Assembly: GCA_018820275.1 (NCBI GenBank)
Contig: JAHJOO010000056.1
Coordinates: 25,628-89,627, forward strand
DNA: 64,000 nt
DNA from: Alphaproteobacteria bacterium
Lineage (GTDB): Bacteria; Pseudomonadota; Alphaproteobacteria; Caulobacterales; Caulobacteraceae
Direction of reading: 5' to 3'
Every line of letters starts with the position of its first letter. Position 1 is the stretch's first letter. Of the stretch, positions 11,775 through 21,547 are shown in pieces. Both the position numbers and the translations under genes were made by a program. The notes under the pieces were generated by a model that saw only the letters and a program-made list of their open reading frames with translations, was not told where the DNA came from and did not search any database.

Positions 11775-12749
11775 ATGAGCATCAACTGGGACAAGACCCT
11801 GCTGGTCGGGGACGTCGGCGGCACGAACGCCCGCTTTGCCATCGCCCACATGATCCAGGGCCGCCCCGTGCTGGAGCACCACGAGAGCTTCAAGGGCGCG
11901 GATCACCCGACCTTCCTCGACGGGGTGAGAGCCTTCATCGACGGCTGCGAGGTCAAGCCGACCGGCGGCGTCATCGCCGTGGCGGGTCCGGTCACGGACG
12001 GGACGATCGACCTGACCAACTCGCCGTGGCGGGTGTCCGAGACCGAGCTGGCGACGCTGGGCCTGAACCCGGTCAAGCTGATCAACGATTTCGAGGCCCT
12101 GGCCTGGGGCGCGCCCGTGGTGCCCGAGGCCGACCTCGCCTGGCTGGGCGCGCCGGTGGACGGCGACCCGGACTCGACCGTCGCCGTGCTGGGCCCCGGC
12201 ACGGGATTCGGCATGTCGGCGCTGGTCCGCGACGGCCGCGGGGGGGAGATGGCCATGCCCTCGGAGGGCGGCCACGCCTGTTTCGCGCCGGGCGACGCCG
12301 TCGAGGACGAGATCCTGCGCATCCTGCGGCGCCGCTATGATCGCGTCTCGATCGAGCGGCTGATCTGCGGCCCGGGTCTGCTGAACATGCACCGCGCCCT
12401 AGCCGAGATCGACGGGCGCGAGACCCACATCGACGATCCGTCCGAAATCACGCGGGACGCCCTGGCCGACCCCAACAGCCCGTGCGGTCACACCCTGGCG
12501 CGGTTCTGCGCCATTCTGGGCGCGGTCGCCGGCGACATCGCCCTGACCTGCGGTGCCCGGGGCGGCGTCTACGTCGGCGGCGGCATCGCCAAGCGCATCC
12601 TGCCCTTCCTGCAGGCCAGCCCCTTCCGCGAACGGTTCGAGCGCAAGGGCCGGTTCACCGACTACATGAAGGCCATCCCGACCCGGGTCATCACCCACGA
12701 GCACGCGGCCCTGCTGGGCGCCGCGCGCGTGGCCTTCGCCGGGACGTGA
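11775..12749 (+). CDS. glk: Glucokinase
   Basis: The N-terminal ATP-binding motif LVGDVGGTNARFA and a Glk-type C-terminus are present. The gene was read from the sequence inside a longer GC-driven ORF. Confidence 0.9.
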   Translation: MSINWDKTLLVGDVGGTNARFAIAHMIQGRPVLEHHESFKGADHPTFLDGVRAFIDGCEVKPTGGVIAVAGPVTDGTIDLTNSPWRVSETELATLGLNPVKLINDFEALAWGAPVVPEADLAWLGAPVDGDPDSTVAVLGPGTGFGMSALVRDGRGGEMAMPSEGGHACFAPGDAVEDEILRILRRRYDRVSIERLICGPGLLNMHRALAEIDGRETHIDDPSEITRDALADPNSPCGHTLARFCAILGAVAGDIALTCGARGGVYVGGGIAKRILPFLQASPFRERFERKGRFTDYMKAIPTRVITHEHAALLGAARVAFAGT

Positions 12750-12837
12750 GAGGCGCTCACCCTTTTCTCACGGACGCGTGAACTGAATCCGGGCGGGCGC
12801 ATTGAACAGGCTCCACAGTGGAAGGGAGCACCTCCAA

Positions 12838-13098
12838 ATGCGTAAACTGATGATCGCCACCGTCGCCTCGTTCGCCCTGGCCGGCCTGGCCGCCTGCGAG
12901 AGCCCGGAAGACGCCGCCGCCGAAAACCAGGCCGACGCCCTGGAAGAACAGGCTGCGGTCGCGCCGACGGAAGCCCAAGAGCAGGCCCTGAACGAGAAGG
13001 CCGACATGATCGAGCAGCAGGCCGGCAACGCCGACGGCGGCATGACCACCGAGAACACGCCGAACACCTCGCCGACCACGGCCGACAAGGCCATGTGA
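12838..13098 (+). CDS. Small acidic lipoprotein
   Basis: It has a lipobox (LAGLAAC) after a hydrophobic signal. An RBS-like GGAAGGGAG lies upstream and a terminator hairpin lies downstream. Confidence 0.5.
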   Translation: MRKLMIATVASFALAGLAACESPEDAAAENQADALEEQAAVAPTEAQEQALNEKADMIEQQAGNADGGMTTENTPNTSPTTADKAM

Positions 13099-13146
13099 TC
13101 CCGAATCCGGAGGCTCATGACCTCCGGGACCGGATCGGAGGATCGA

Positions 13147-13176
13147 ACCCCCGTCGCGCCTGCGGCGGGGGTTTTC
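13147..13176 (+). terminator. Rho-independent terminator candidate
   Basis: A GC-rich hairpin (CCCCCGTCGC...GCGGCGGGGG) is followed by TTTT. Confidence 0.5.
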
Positions 13177-13184
13177 CTTTGGGC

Positions 13185-13979
13185 TCAGGCGGACTTCGGC
13201 GGAAACGGGATGAAGGCCGACGTGCGCCGCACATAGTCGGCATAGCCGGGGCGGCTGTCGCTCATGCCCTTCTCCGTCAGGCCGATGCCGGACCATTTCG
13301 TCAGGGTGAAGGTCAGGAAGATCGGACCGGCGACCGACCACAGGCCCGGCGTGGTCTCGGCGGCGAGGGCATAGAGGCCCCACCAGACGCACGCCTCGCC
13401 GAAGTAGTTGGGATGGCGCGACCAGTTCCACAGGCCGCGGTCCATGACCTGGCCCTTGTTCGCGGGGTCCTTGCGGAAGGCCGACAACTGGGCGTCGGCG
13501 ATCGCCTCGTAGACGATGCCGAAGGCCGCGAGCGCCACGCCCGCCCAGCCGATCCAGCCCACCGACGGCGTCGCGTCGACCTGACCCAGCTGCACCGGCA
13601 GGCTGTTCAGCCAGGCGAAGACGCCCTGGGGCAGAAAGACGAACAGCAGGCTGGCGACGGCGAAGCCTCGGCCCTTTTCCGCCTGGCTGTCCAGCAGGGC
13701 CTTGTAGCGCCGATCCTCGCCGTGTCCCCGCCAGCGAATGAACAGGTGCCCGCCCAGCCGCACGGCCCAGGCCGCGCACAGGCCCACCAGCAGCAGTTTC
13801 CGCGTCTCGTCGCCGTCGGTCCGCGGCCAGGTCGCCAGCGCCAGCAGCAGCATGGCCATGGGCCAGACGGCGTCGATGAAGCTGACGTCCTTCAGCCTCA
13901 GCGCCACCAGCCACAGGGCGGTCATGGCGGCCAGCACCAGGGCCAGGTTCAGGGCGAGCAGGGTCAGCGCTTCGGTCAT
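13185..13979 (-). CDS. DUF1295 / steroid 5-alpha-reductase-like membrane protein
   Basis: It is a multi-TM protein with the C-terminal motif GLWNWSRHPNYFGE, typical of the DUF1295/ICMT-like family. Confidence 0.7.
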   Translation of the reverse strand: MTEALTLLALNLALVLAAMTALWLVALRLKDVSFIDAVWPMAMLLLALATWPRTDGDETRKLLLVGLCAAWAVRLGGHLFIRWRGHGEDRRYKALLDSQAEKGRGFAVASLLFVFLPQGVFAWLNSLPVQLGQVDATPSVGWIGWAGVALAAFGIVYEAIADAQLSAFRKDPANKGQVMDRGLWNWSRHPNYFGEACVWWGLYALAAETTPGLWSVAGPIFLTFTLTKWSGIGLTEKGMSDSRPGYADYVRRTSAFIPFPPKSA

Positions 13980-14029
13980 GGGGCAAGTAACGCCACGGCG
14001 ACGCTTCCGGATGCGTGCGCCGCGTCGCG

Positions 14030-14380
14030 TCAGTCGACGCAGATCGCCGCTGTGGCCCGTCCGTCCTCGACGCGGGTGTAGCAGCCGAAGCGGTCGCTGG
14101 TGGCGGCGCACTGGCCGGCGACGGGGCGCCCGTCCTCGACGATGACCCCGCCGGGGACGCGGCAGTCGCCCAGGCAGTCGTCGCCGTCGCGGCAGGTCTT
14201 GCCCGCGTCGGGATAGGCGATCACGCACTGCAGCGTCTGGGCCCGCCCAACGCGCTGCATCTGGCCGCCCTGGGCGGCGCAGTCGCGCTCTGCCAGCTGT
14301 TGCGGGGTCAGCGAGGGGGTGCAGGCCCCGCCGGCCAGCAGGGCCAGGGTCGCCGTCAGACTCATCAGAACTCGCGTCAT
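14030..14380 (-). CDS. Cys-rich lipoprotein, paralogue 2
   Basis: It has a lipobox (LLAGGAC). It shares the motif DAGK.CRDGDDC.GDCR...G.C.AT..FGCYTR.EDGRA...CVD with the upstream gene. Confidence 0.55.
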   Translation of the reverse strand: MTRVLMSLTATLALLAGGACTPSLTPQQLAERDCAAQGGQMQRVGRAQTLQCVIAYPDAGKTCRDGDDCLGDCRVPGGVIVEDGRPVAGQCAATSDRFGCYTRVEDGRATAAICVD

Positions 14381-14405
14381 GGCCGTCTCCGTGAAGATCA
14401 CCGCG

Positions 14406-14777
14406 TCAGTCGACGCACAGCATGCCCTCGGCCCTGCCGTCCTCGATCCGGGTGTAACACCCGAACGGGCTGGTGGTGGCCTGACATTTCCCGGTCATCG
14501 GATCGCCCGGCGCCGCGCCGCCCTTTTCGGGGTCGCCGCGGCAGTCGCCGACGCAGTCGTCGCCGTCGCGGCAGGCCTTGCCCGCGTCGGGCATGGGCAT
14601 GACGCACTGGGCGCGGCCCAGCAGGCCCTGCGGGCCCCAGGACCCTCCGGCCGCGCGGCAGGCCTCGGCCGTGGCGGGAACCTCGGGGCGGGTCTGGCCC
14701 GGCGCCGGCTCCACCGCCGGCACGGGCTGGCAGGCGGCCAGAACCAGACCCAGGGCGACCAGCGCGGCGATCCTCAT
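14406..14777 (-). CDS. Cys-rich lipoprotein, paralogue 1
   Basis: It has a lipobox (LVLAAC). Its ATG overlaps the hmgA stop (ATGA). The Cys pattern is the same as in 14030-14380. Confidence 0.6.
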   Translation of the reverse strand: MRIAALVALGLVLAACQPVPAVEPAPGQTRPEVPATAEACRAAGGSWGPQGLLGRAQCVMPMPDAGKACRDGDDCVGDCRGDPEKGGAAPGDPMTGKCQATTSPFGCYTRIEDGRAEGMLCVD

Positions 14778-16072
14778 CAGAGGCTTCCCTTGTCGAACCC
14801 GGTCCAGACGTCGTCGTAGTCCAGCTGCATGGTCGGGCTGGACTGCGCCCAGGTGGTGGTGCGGATCGGCATGCGCGTCTCGAACATGAAGGCCAGGGTG
14901 TTCTCGATCTTCACGGGTTTCAGATCGGCCTTCACAGCCTTGTCGTAGCTGGCCTGGTCGGGGCCATGGCCGCTCATGCAGTTGTGCAGGCTGGCACCGC
15001 CGGGGGCGAAGCCGCCCTCCTTGGCGTCGTACTCGCCGAACACCAGGCCCATGAACTCGCTCATCACGTTGCGGTGGAACCACGGCGGGCGGAAGGTGTC
15101 CTCGGCCACCATCCAGCGCGGCGGGAAGATGACGAAGTCGCAGTTGGCGGTGCCCGGTGTGTCGCTGGGCGACGTCAGCACCGTGAAGATCGACGGATCC
15201 GGATGGTCGAAGCTGACCGTGCCGATCGTGTTGAAGTTCGCCGTGTCGTATTTGCAGGGGGCGTAGTTGCCGTGCCAGCCGACCACGTCCAGCGGACTGT
15301 GGGCGAAGGTCGTGCTCCACAGCCGGCCGCCGAACTTCTGCACGCACTCGGTCGGGCGGTCGACGTCCTCGAACCAGGCCTCGGGGGTCTGGAAGTCGCG
15401 CGGATTGGCCAGGCCGTTCGACCCGATCGGCCCCAGATCCGGCAGGCGGAAGGCCGCGCCGTAGTTCTCGCAGACGTAGCCGCGGATCGGTCCGCCGCAC
15501 TCCACCCGGAAGCGGACGCCGCGCGGGATCAGGACGATCTCGCCCGGCCGCGCGTCGATGCGGCCCATCTCGGTGACGAAGACCTGGTCGCCCTGCTGCG
15601 GCACGATCAGCAGCTCGCCGTCGGCGCAGTAGAAGACCCGGTCGGTCATCGACCGGTTTGCCGCGTACAGGTGAATCCCCGTGCCGGTCCCCGCCTCCGG
15701 ATCGCCGTTGCCGCCATAGGTCACCAGACCCTCGACCCAGTCGGTGGGCGCGGTCGGCATGGGCAGCGGGTCCCAGCGCATCCGGTTGGGGCTGGGCGGG
15801 GCCTCGGTGAACGGACCCGAGCGGACGTGGCCCTGGTCGAAGGGACGATAGGCCGGATGCTGGGCGGACGGCCGCAGGCGATACAGCCAGCTGCGGCGGT
15901 TCTCCGCGCGCGGGGCGGTGAAGGCCGTGCCGGACAGCTGCTCGGCGTACAGGCCCAGCGCGTGCCGCTGCGGCGAGTTGCGCCCGTCGGGCAGGGCCCC
16001 CGGCGCCGCTTCGGTGGCGAAATGATTGCCGAAGCCGGTCATCCAGCCGGGCGCGTTGGCTCGCGTCGTCAT
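14777..16072 (-). CDS. hmgA: Homogentisate 1,2-dioxygenase
   Basis: The N-terminus [10 protein letters not shown]...LPDGRNSPQ and full-length HgmA-type sequence are present. The ATG at 16072 is preferred over the upstream TTG at 16096. Confidence 0.92.
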   Translation of the reverse strand: MTTRANAPGWMTGFGNHFATEAAPGALPDGRNSPQRHALGLYAEQLSGTAFTAPRAENRRSWLYRLRPSAQHPAYRPFDQGHVRSGPFTEAPPSPNRMRWDPLPMPTAPTDWVEGLVTYGGNGDPEAGTGTGIHLYAANRSMTDRVFYCADGELLIVPQQGDQVFVTEMGRIDARPGEIVLIPRGVRFRVECGGPIRGYVCENYGAAFRLPDLGPIGSNGLANPRDFQTPEAWFEDVDRPTECVQKFGGRLWSTTFAHSPLDVVGWHGNYAPCKYDTANFNTIGTVSFDHPDPSIFTVLTSPSDTPGTANCDFVIFPPRWMVAEDTFRPPWFHRNVMSEFMGLVFGEYDAKEGGFAPGGASLHNCMSGHGPDQASYDKAVKADLKPVKIENTLAFMFETRMPIRTTTWAQSSPTMQLDYDDVWTGFDKGSL

Positions 16073-16136
16073 GCGTCGTTGTCTCCCGTGCGCCAAGTTT
16101 AGCGCGCCGGGCGGCGTCGCGGGAAGGGCGAGACGC

Positions 16137-16988
16137 TCAGACCCCCTCGGGCATCGTCCCCGCGGTGATGGCGATGCGGCCCAGCAGGCCCTTCACGATC
16201 AGGTCCAGCGGACGCCCCTCACGATAGTCGGCGGCGGCGACGAAATTCACCCGGTCCTCCGAGATCAGCGAATAGATCTTCTGCTGATCGCGGTCGGAGT
16301 TGCGCGGGTCGTAGACGGCGATCGAGAAGCCGCCCTTGGTGTGCATCATCTTCATGGTCGGCACGTCGGTGTCGCCGTCGCCGAGGAAGATCATCCGCTC
16401 GAACGGCACCGGCCGCGTCTCGTCGGGCATGAAGCGGTTGATCGCCTCGTGCTCGTAGTGGTTCAGCACGCCCTTGTTGATGCGGAACAGGTACTGGGTC
16501 TTGGTGGTGTAGTTGACACCCACCGCCGGCCAGGTGGCCACGCCCTTGTCGTCATAGACGAAGTGGCTGGCGAAGACGTGGCGGAAGGCGTCTCGGATCG
16601 GGCAGCCCTCGATCATCTCCTCCAGGCCGGCGGAGACGATGTAGTGCTCGATCTCCAGACCGTAGCGGGCACCGAAGGCGTTGATGCGGTCGAACCAGCC
16701 CGGCCCGGTCAGGTCGGTCTTCAGCCCGTCGAACAGTTTCACGTCGTGGCCGTGCTCGCGCAGCATGGCCCGGGTGATCGGCGCGTCGTTCTCGCGCGCC
16801 CGCTGCAGCATCAGCTGCATGTACATCAGGATGTTGTCGCCGTCGGCCTCGCGCGTCAGCCGGTCGGCCTCGCCCCAGAAGTCGCCGATGCCCATGCCGA
16901 CGGAGGGGATGAAGGTCACCTCCTGCATGTTGCCGCGGGCCAGGGTCCCGTCGAAATCGTAGATCAGGGCGGTCTTGAGCAGGGCCAT
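16137..16988 (-). CDS. HAD-superfamily hydrolase
   Basis: HAD motif I (IYDFDGTL) and motif IV-like (FLGDGDTD) are present. Confidence 0.7.
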   Translation of the reverse strand: MALLKTALIYDFDGTLARGNMQEVTFIPSVGMGIGDFWGEADRLTREADGDNILMYMQLMLQRARENDAPITRAMLREHGHDVKLFDGLKTDLTGPGWFDRINAFGARYGLEIEHYIVSAGLEEMIEGCPIRDAFRHVFASHFVYDDKGVATWPAVGVNYTTKTQYLFRINKGVLNHYEHEAINRFMPDETRPVPFERMIFLGDGDTDVPTMKMMHTKGGFSIAVYDPRNSDRDQQKIYSLISEDRVNFVAAADYREGRPLDLIVKGLLGRIAITAGTMPEGV

Positions 16989-17034
16989 GCGCGAGCCGTT
17001 AGGCCCGCGCATGGCGGCTGTCAAAACGGGCGCG

Positions 17035-18087
17035 TCAGGCCGCCGCGTCCAGCGTGCTCATGTCGATGACGAAGCGATAGCGGACGTCGGACTTCTCCAG
17101 CCGGTCGAAGGCGTGGTTGATCTCGTCCATGCGGATCATCTCGACGTCGGGCAGGATTCCCTTCTCGGCGCAGAAATCGAGCATCTCCTGCGTCTCCTTG
17201 ATGCCGCCGATGGGCGAGCCCGAGACGCGGCGGCGCGCCAGCAGCAGCGGCAGACTGGACATGTTCGGGATGGGGCCCAGCTGGCCCACGAGCACGAGGG
17301 TGCCGTCCACGTCCAGCAGCGGCAGATAGGGGTTGAGGTCGTGCTCGACCGGCACGGTGTCGATGATCAGGTCCAGGCTGTTGGACGCCGCCTTCATCGC
17401 CGCGCGGTCCGACGAGACCAGCAGGGCGTGGGCGCCCAGGGCCTTGGCGTCGGCCTCCTTGTCGGCCGACCGGCTCAGCACCGTCACGTGGGCGCCGAGG
17501 CCGACGGCCAGTTTGACCGCCATGTGACCGAGGCCGCCCAGGCCGACGACGCCGACGCGGGTGCCTTCCTTGACGCCCCAGGTCTTCAGCGGCGACCAGG
17601 TGGTGATGCCGGCGCACAGCAGGGGCGCGGCGGCGGCGGGGTCCAGCCCCTCGGGCATGCGCAGCACGAACTCCTCGCGGACCACCAGGTCCCGGGAATA
17701 GCCGCCGTAGGTCGGCTCGCCCGTGATCCGGTCCTGGCCGTTGTAGGTCTGGGTGTTGCCGTTGCGGCAGAGCTGTTCCTCGCCCTTGTCGCACTGGTCG
17801 CAGGACTGGCAGCTGTCGACCAGACAGCCGACGGCGACGCGGTCGCCCTCCCTGAACTTCGTCACCCCGGCACCGACCGCGGTGACCACGCCGACGATCT
17901 CGTGGCCCGGCACCACCGGATAGGACGACCAGCCCCAGTCATTGCGCGCCTGGTGCAGATCCGAATGGCAGACGCCGCAGTACTGGATCGACATCTGCAC
18001 GTCGTTGTCGCGCAGGTCGCGCCGTTCGAACGTCCACGGTTCCAGCGGGGACGTGGTGGAGTGGGCGGCGTAGCCGATGGTCTTCAT
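17035..18087 (-). CDS. Zn-dependent NAD(P) alcohol dehydrogenase of the cinnamyl-ADH / YahK type
   Basis: Motifs GVCHSDLH, GHEIVG, structural-zinc C..C..C and GLGGLGHMAVK are present. Confidence 0.88.
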   Translation of the reverse strand: MKTIGYAAHSTTSPLEPWTFERRDLRDNDVQMSIQYCGVCHSDLHQARNDWGWSSYPVVPGHEIVGVVTAVGAGVTKFREGDRVAVGCLVDSCQSCDQCDKGEEQLCRNGNTQTYNGQDRITGEPTYGGYSRDLVVREEFVLRMPEGLDPAAAAPLLCAGITTWSPLKTWGVKEGTRVGVVGLGGLGHMAVKLAVGLGAHVTVLSRSADKEADAKALGAHALLVSSDRAAMKAASNSLDLIIDTVPVEHDLNPYLPLLDVDGTLVLVGQLGPIPNMSSLPLLLARRRVSGSPIGGIKETQEMLDFCAEKGILPDVEMIRMDEINHAFDRLEKSDVRYRFVIDMSTLDAAA

Positions 18088-18145
18088 GGGGCGCTCCTGC
18101 GGACGGTCCCGCCCAGATAGGCGCCCCGGCGCCGGTGCGCGAGGT

Positions 18146-20446
18146 CTAGGCGCGCAGTTCCAGCTCGGGGGCGGAGACCTTGCCGGCCGCGCGGCGCGGC
18201 AGGTGCAGGATGAAGGTCGCGCCCTTGCCCGGCTCGCTCTCGACCTCGGCCCAGCCGCCGTGCAGCTCGACCAGCGCCTTGACCAGCGCCAGTCCGACGC
18301 CCGGCCCGCCGCGCTCGCGCCGCACGAAGCGGTCGAAGACGTGGGCCTGCAGGTGATAGGCGATGCCGCGACCCGTGTCGGACACGCGCAGACGCACCTC
18401 GTCCGGACCGGCGCGGGCTTCCAGCGTGACGCGCCCGCCCTCGGCGACGGCCCGCGCGGCATTGTCCAGAAGGTGGTCCAGCGCCTGGGCCACGCGGCGG
18501 CCGTCGGCCTGGATCGCGCCGACGCCGGGATCGACCTCGACCAGCAGCGCCGCGCCGCGCCCCTCGACCCGCGCCCGCACGCGCTCGGCGGCGTCCTCGA
18601 TCAGCGCGGGAACCGAGGTGTCGGCGTGGGCCAGTTCCATCTCGCCGGCGTCGATCTGGGCCATGTCCAGCACGTCGTCGATCGACCGGGCCAGCTGCTG
18701 CGCCGCCGTGCGAATGGCGCCCGCGTGCTGGCGCGCCCGGTCGGGCAGGTCGCCGGCGATCTCCAGCAGTTCGGAATAGCCGACGATGGTCGTCAGCGGC
18801 GTGCGGAGTTCATAGGAGACGCTGCCGACGAACTCGCGCTTCAGCGCCTGGCTGGCCTCCAGCGCCGCCTCGCGGTCCTGCAGCGCCCGCTCGAGGCCGC
18901 GCCGCGCGGTGACGTCCGAGAAGGCGACCAGCGTCGCGCCGTCCGGCAGCGGCCGGGTCTGCCAGGCGGCCAGCCGTCCGTCGGCGGTCGCCCCTTCCCC
19001 CGACACGGCCACGCGGCTCTCCGGGTCGGGGTCGGCGATGCGCGCCTTGAGACCCAGCCACAGGCCGGGGTCGGGCATGACGCGCCGGCACAGTTCGGCC
19101 ACCGCGTCGAAGTCGGACGCGGCGCGCAGCTCGTCGCCGCCCAGCTTCCAGAAGCCCTCGAACGCCTCGTTGTGCAGCCGCAGACGCCCGTCCGAGCCGA
19201 ACACGGCGACCGCGTCGTTCAGCTTGTCGAGGGTCGCGGTCTGGACCTGAAGTTGGGCGTTGAACCGGCTGCGCAGCTTCAGCTCGTCGGTGATGTCGGT
19301 GAACAGCAGCAGCAGCCCGCCTAGCGGGTGGGGCTGGCGCACGACGCGGAGGGTGCGGCCGTCGGGCAGCGACCAGCCGTCGTCCGGGCCCGCCTCGGCG
19401 GCGCCGTAGAACTCCAGCTCGGCCGCCTTCCAGCCGGCGTAGTCGACCACCTCGGGCAGCAGGCGACGCTGGCGCAGCCGGTCCAGCAGTTCCGCGTGCG
19501 TCGGCCGCTCGTCCAGCCAGGCGGCGTCCAGGCCGAACAGCTGCTGGAAGGCGACGTTGTGGAAGGCCAGCCGCCGCGAGGGACCGAAGATAGCGACCGC
19601 GTCGGCCAGGTGGTTCAGCGTCTCGTCGTGCGCCTCGACGTGGCGACGCAGGGTGTCGCGCGTCTCCTCGGCCTCGGTGACCTCAAGGGCATAGACCGTG
19701 GCGGCGCCCCCCGGCGTGGGCTCGGCGACGATTCGCCAGGCGCGGCGACGGCCGTCGGCGGCGGTCCAGCGGAAGCCCTCCTGCCGCTGGCCGAGCCGCG
19801 CCGCCTCCATGGCCAGGGCGTCGGCCCCGCGGTCGAAGCTGATCTCCCGGCGGGCCGCCTCCTCGACGCTGACCGCCTTGACGGTCTCCAGCCAGGCCCG
19901 ATTGGCCCAGACCAGCCGGCCGCCGCCGTCCAGCGCCCAGGTCGGCACGGGGGAGGCTTCCGCCACGAAGCCGGCGGCACCCTCGGTCGCCCGCGCGGCC
20001 GGGGCTTCGGCGATCGCCAGCCAGGCCTGTCCCGCCTCGACGTGGCCGGTGACGCGCCAGGTCCTGTCGCCCGCGCCGAGCCGGGACTCGAACGGACGTC
20101 CGTCGGCTTCCAGCGCGTCGATCGCCGCGCCCAGATCGACCCGCAACCGCGCAAGCACGGAGTCGCCCGTCGGCTCCTCGTCGCCGGTCAGATCGCGGGC
20201 GACGAGGTCGGATCCCAGGAGGCGGGGGCCGTCGAAGCCGCCTAGCGGGCCGACCCTGAGGTCGCCTCCGGCGGCCCATGCCGCGCGCCACAGGTCGCCC
20301 TTGCGCTTCTCCTCGTCGACGGCGTGGGTCAGGACGTCCAGCCGCGCGCGGGCCCGGGCGGTGAAGCGCCACGACCAGGCGCCGACGGCCAGCGCCAGTC
20401 CGGCGGCCCCCGCGGTCGCCCAATAGGCCATGTCGGCGTCGGCCAT
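18146..20446 (-). CDS. divL: DivL-like PAS-domain sensor kinase homologue with Tyr replacing the phospho-accepting His
   Basis: The H-box reads FVGSVSYELRTPL, with a TAT codon at 18812-18814 on the minus strand. An N-terminal TM segment, multiple PAS-like regions and a C-terminal HATPase domain are present. The 766-aa length is close to Caulobacter DivL. Confidence 0.75.
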   Translation of the reverse strand: MADADMAYWATAGAAGLALAVGAWSWRFTARARARLDVLTHAVDEEKRKGDLWRAAWAAGGDLRVGPLGGFDGPRLLGSDLVARDLTGDEEPTGDSVLARLRVDLGAAIDALEADGRPFESRLGAGDRTWRVTGHVEAGQAWLAIAEAPAARATEGAAGFVAEASPVPTWALDGGGRLVWANRAWLETVKAVSVEEAARREISFDRGADALAMEAARLGQRQEGFRWTAADGRRRAWRIVAEPTPGGAATVYALEVTEAEETRDTLRRHVEAHDETLNHLADAVAIFGPSRRLAFHNVAFQQLFGLDAAWLDERPTHAELLDRLRQRRLLPEVVDYAGWKAAELEFYGAAEAGPDDGWSLPDGRTLRVVRQPHPLGGLLLLFTDITDELKLRSRFNAQLQVQTATLDKLNDAVAVFGSDGRLRLHNEAFEGFWKLGGDELRAASDFDAVAELCRRVMPDPGLWLGLKARIADPDPESRVAVSGEGATADGRLAAWQTRPLPDGATLVAFSDVTARRGLERALQDREAALEASQALKREFVGSVSYELRTPLTTIVGYSELLEIAGDLPDRARQHAGAIRTAAQQLARSIDDVLDMAQIDAGEMELAHADTSVPALIEDAAERVRARVEGRGAALLVEVDPGVGAIQADGRRVAQALDHLLDNAARAVAEGGRVTLEARAGPDEVRLRVSDTGRGIAYHLQAHVFDRFVRRERGGPGVGLALVKALVELHGGWAEVESEPGKGATFILHLPRRAAGKVSAPELELRA

Positions 20447-20493
20447 GCCCCTCGATCAGCTCCCGGCGTCCTGATTCGGTAACCATACCCGAT

Positions 20494-20565
20494 CAGGGAT
20501 GCGGGACTAGGGATTAGGGTTCGGGTTCGGAGCTCTTTCATCCCTCATCCCTCGTCCCTATTCCC
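20494..20565. repeat. Inverted array of GGGAnnn / nnnTCCC heptamers
   Basis: The left arm is CAGGGAT GCGGGAC TAGGGAT TAGGGTT CGGGTTCGG. After a 7-nt spacer the right arm is TCATCCC TCATCCC TCGTCCC TATTCCC. The array ends 5 nt before the ATG at 20571. Confidence 0.8.
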
Positions 20566-20570
20566 TTGGC

Positions 20571-20975
20571 ATGACCACCGACTGGACAGACCGCGCCGCC
20601 CCCTCGCTCGACGACTTCGCCGCCCTGGCGCGCGCGGCGTTCGACGCCCTGCCCGAACCGTTCAGGGGCCTCGCCGGCGACGTGGTGATCCGCGTCGACG
20701 ACTTCGCCGACGAAGAGACGCTGAAGATGATGGAGATGGAGGACCCGTTCGAGCTGACCGGCCTGTATCACGGCGTCGACGTGGGAGCCCGGGACTCGCT
20801 GGGTCCGGCGCCCGAGCCGTCGCGCATCTTCCTGTACCGCCGGCCGATCCTCGACGAGTGGGCCGAGCACGGCGAGGTGACGCTCGGCGAGATGGTCGCC
20901 CACGTCCTGATCCACGAGATCGGCCACCACTTCGGCCTGACCGACGACGATATCGACCACATCGAGGCCGGCTGA
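20571..20975 (+). CDS. Zinicin-like metallopeptidase family protein (DUF1025)
   Basis: The C-terminal zinc motif HEIGHHFG is present in a small acidic protein. Confidence 0.75.
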   Translation: MTTDWTDRAAPSLDDFAALARAAFDALPEPFRGLAGDVVIRVDDFADEETLKMMEMEDPFELTGLYHGVDVGARDSLGPAPEPSRIFLYRRPILDEWAEHGEVTLGEMVAHVLIHEIGHHFGLTDDDIDHIEAG

Positions 20976-21127
20976 CGCGGTCGTTCGCGCTTCGCGAACG
21001 GTCGGGCGTGGTCGTCGGCGAAATCCGGGCGGCCGGCGGCGCATGTCCGGTGGCGGTGCCGCGGGACCGTCGGCACGGTCGCTCCATCGACGGACGCCAC
21101 CCCGGCGCCGCCTCTGGAGGACCCGCC

Positions 21128-21547
21128 ATGAAGACCCTGATCGCCGCTGCCGCCCTGCTGCTCACCGCCCCGACCGCCGCCTTCTCCCAGGACGCCGGCA
21201 AGATCACCTTCGAGTTCACCACCGGCAGCTCGACCGGGACCATCCATGCGGCGCTGTTCGACTCGGCCGCGGCCTATGGCGGCGGATCGCCGGTCGCCTC
21301 GGCCGTCGCCCGGGTCGAGCGGGGCGTGACGGTGATCACCTTCGAGGACCTGCCGCCCGGCGACTATGCCATGCGGTCCTTCCACGACTGGGACGACGAC
21401 GGCGAGATGGACTTCAATCCGTTCGGCATGCCGACCGAGCCCTACGCCTTTTCCAACAACGCCGTCGGCAATATGGGCCCGGCCAGCTGGAGCCGCGCCA
21501 GCTTCCGCGTCGAGGGCGCGGTCACCCAGGCGATCGAGCTGAAGTGA
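21128..21547 (+). CDS. DUF2141-like secreted protein
   Basis: It has a signal peptide (MKTLIAAAALLLTAPTAAFS) and the motifs HAALFDS and FNPFGMPTEPYAFSNN. Confidence 0.6.
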   Translation: MKTLIAAAALLLTAPTAAFSQDAGKITFEFTTGSSTGTIHAALFDSAAAYGGGSPVASAVARVERGVTVITFEDLPPGDYAMRSFHDWDDDGEMDFNPFGMPTEPYAFSNNAVGNMGPASWSRASFRVEGAVTQAIELK

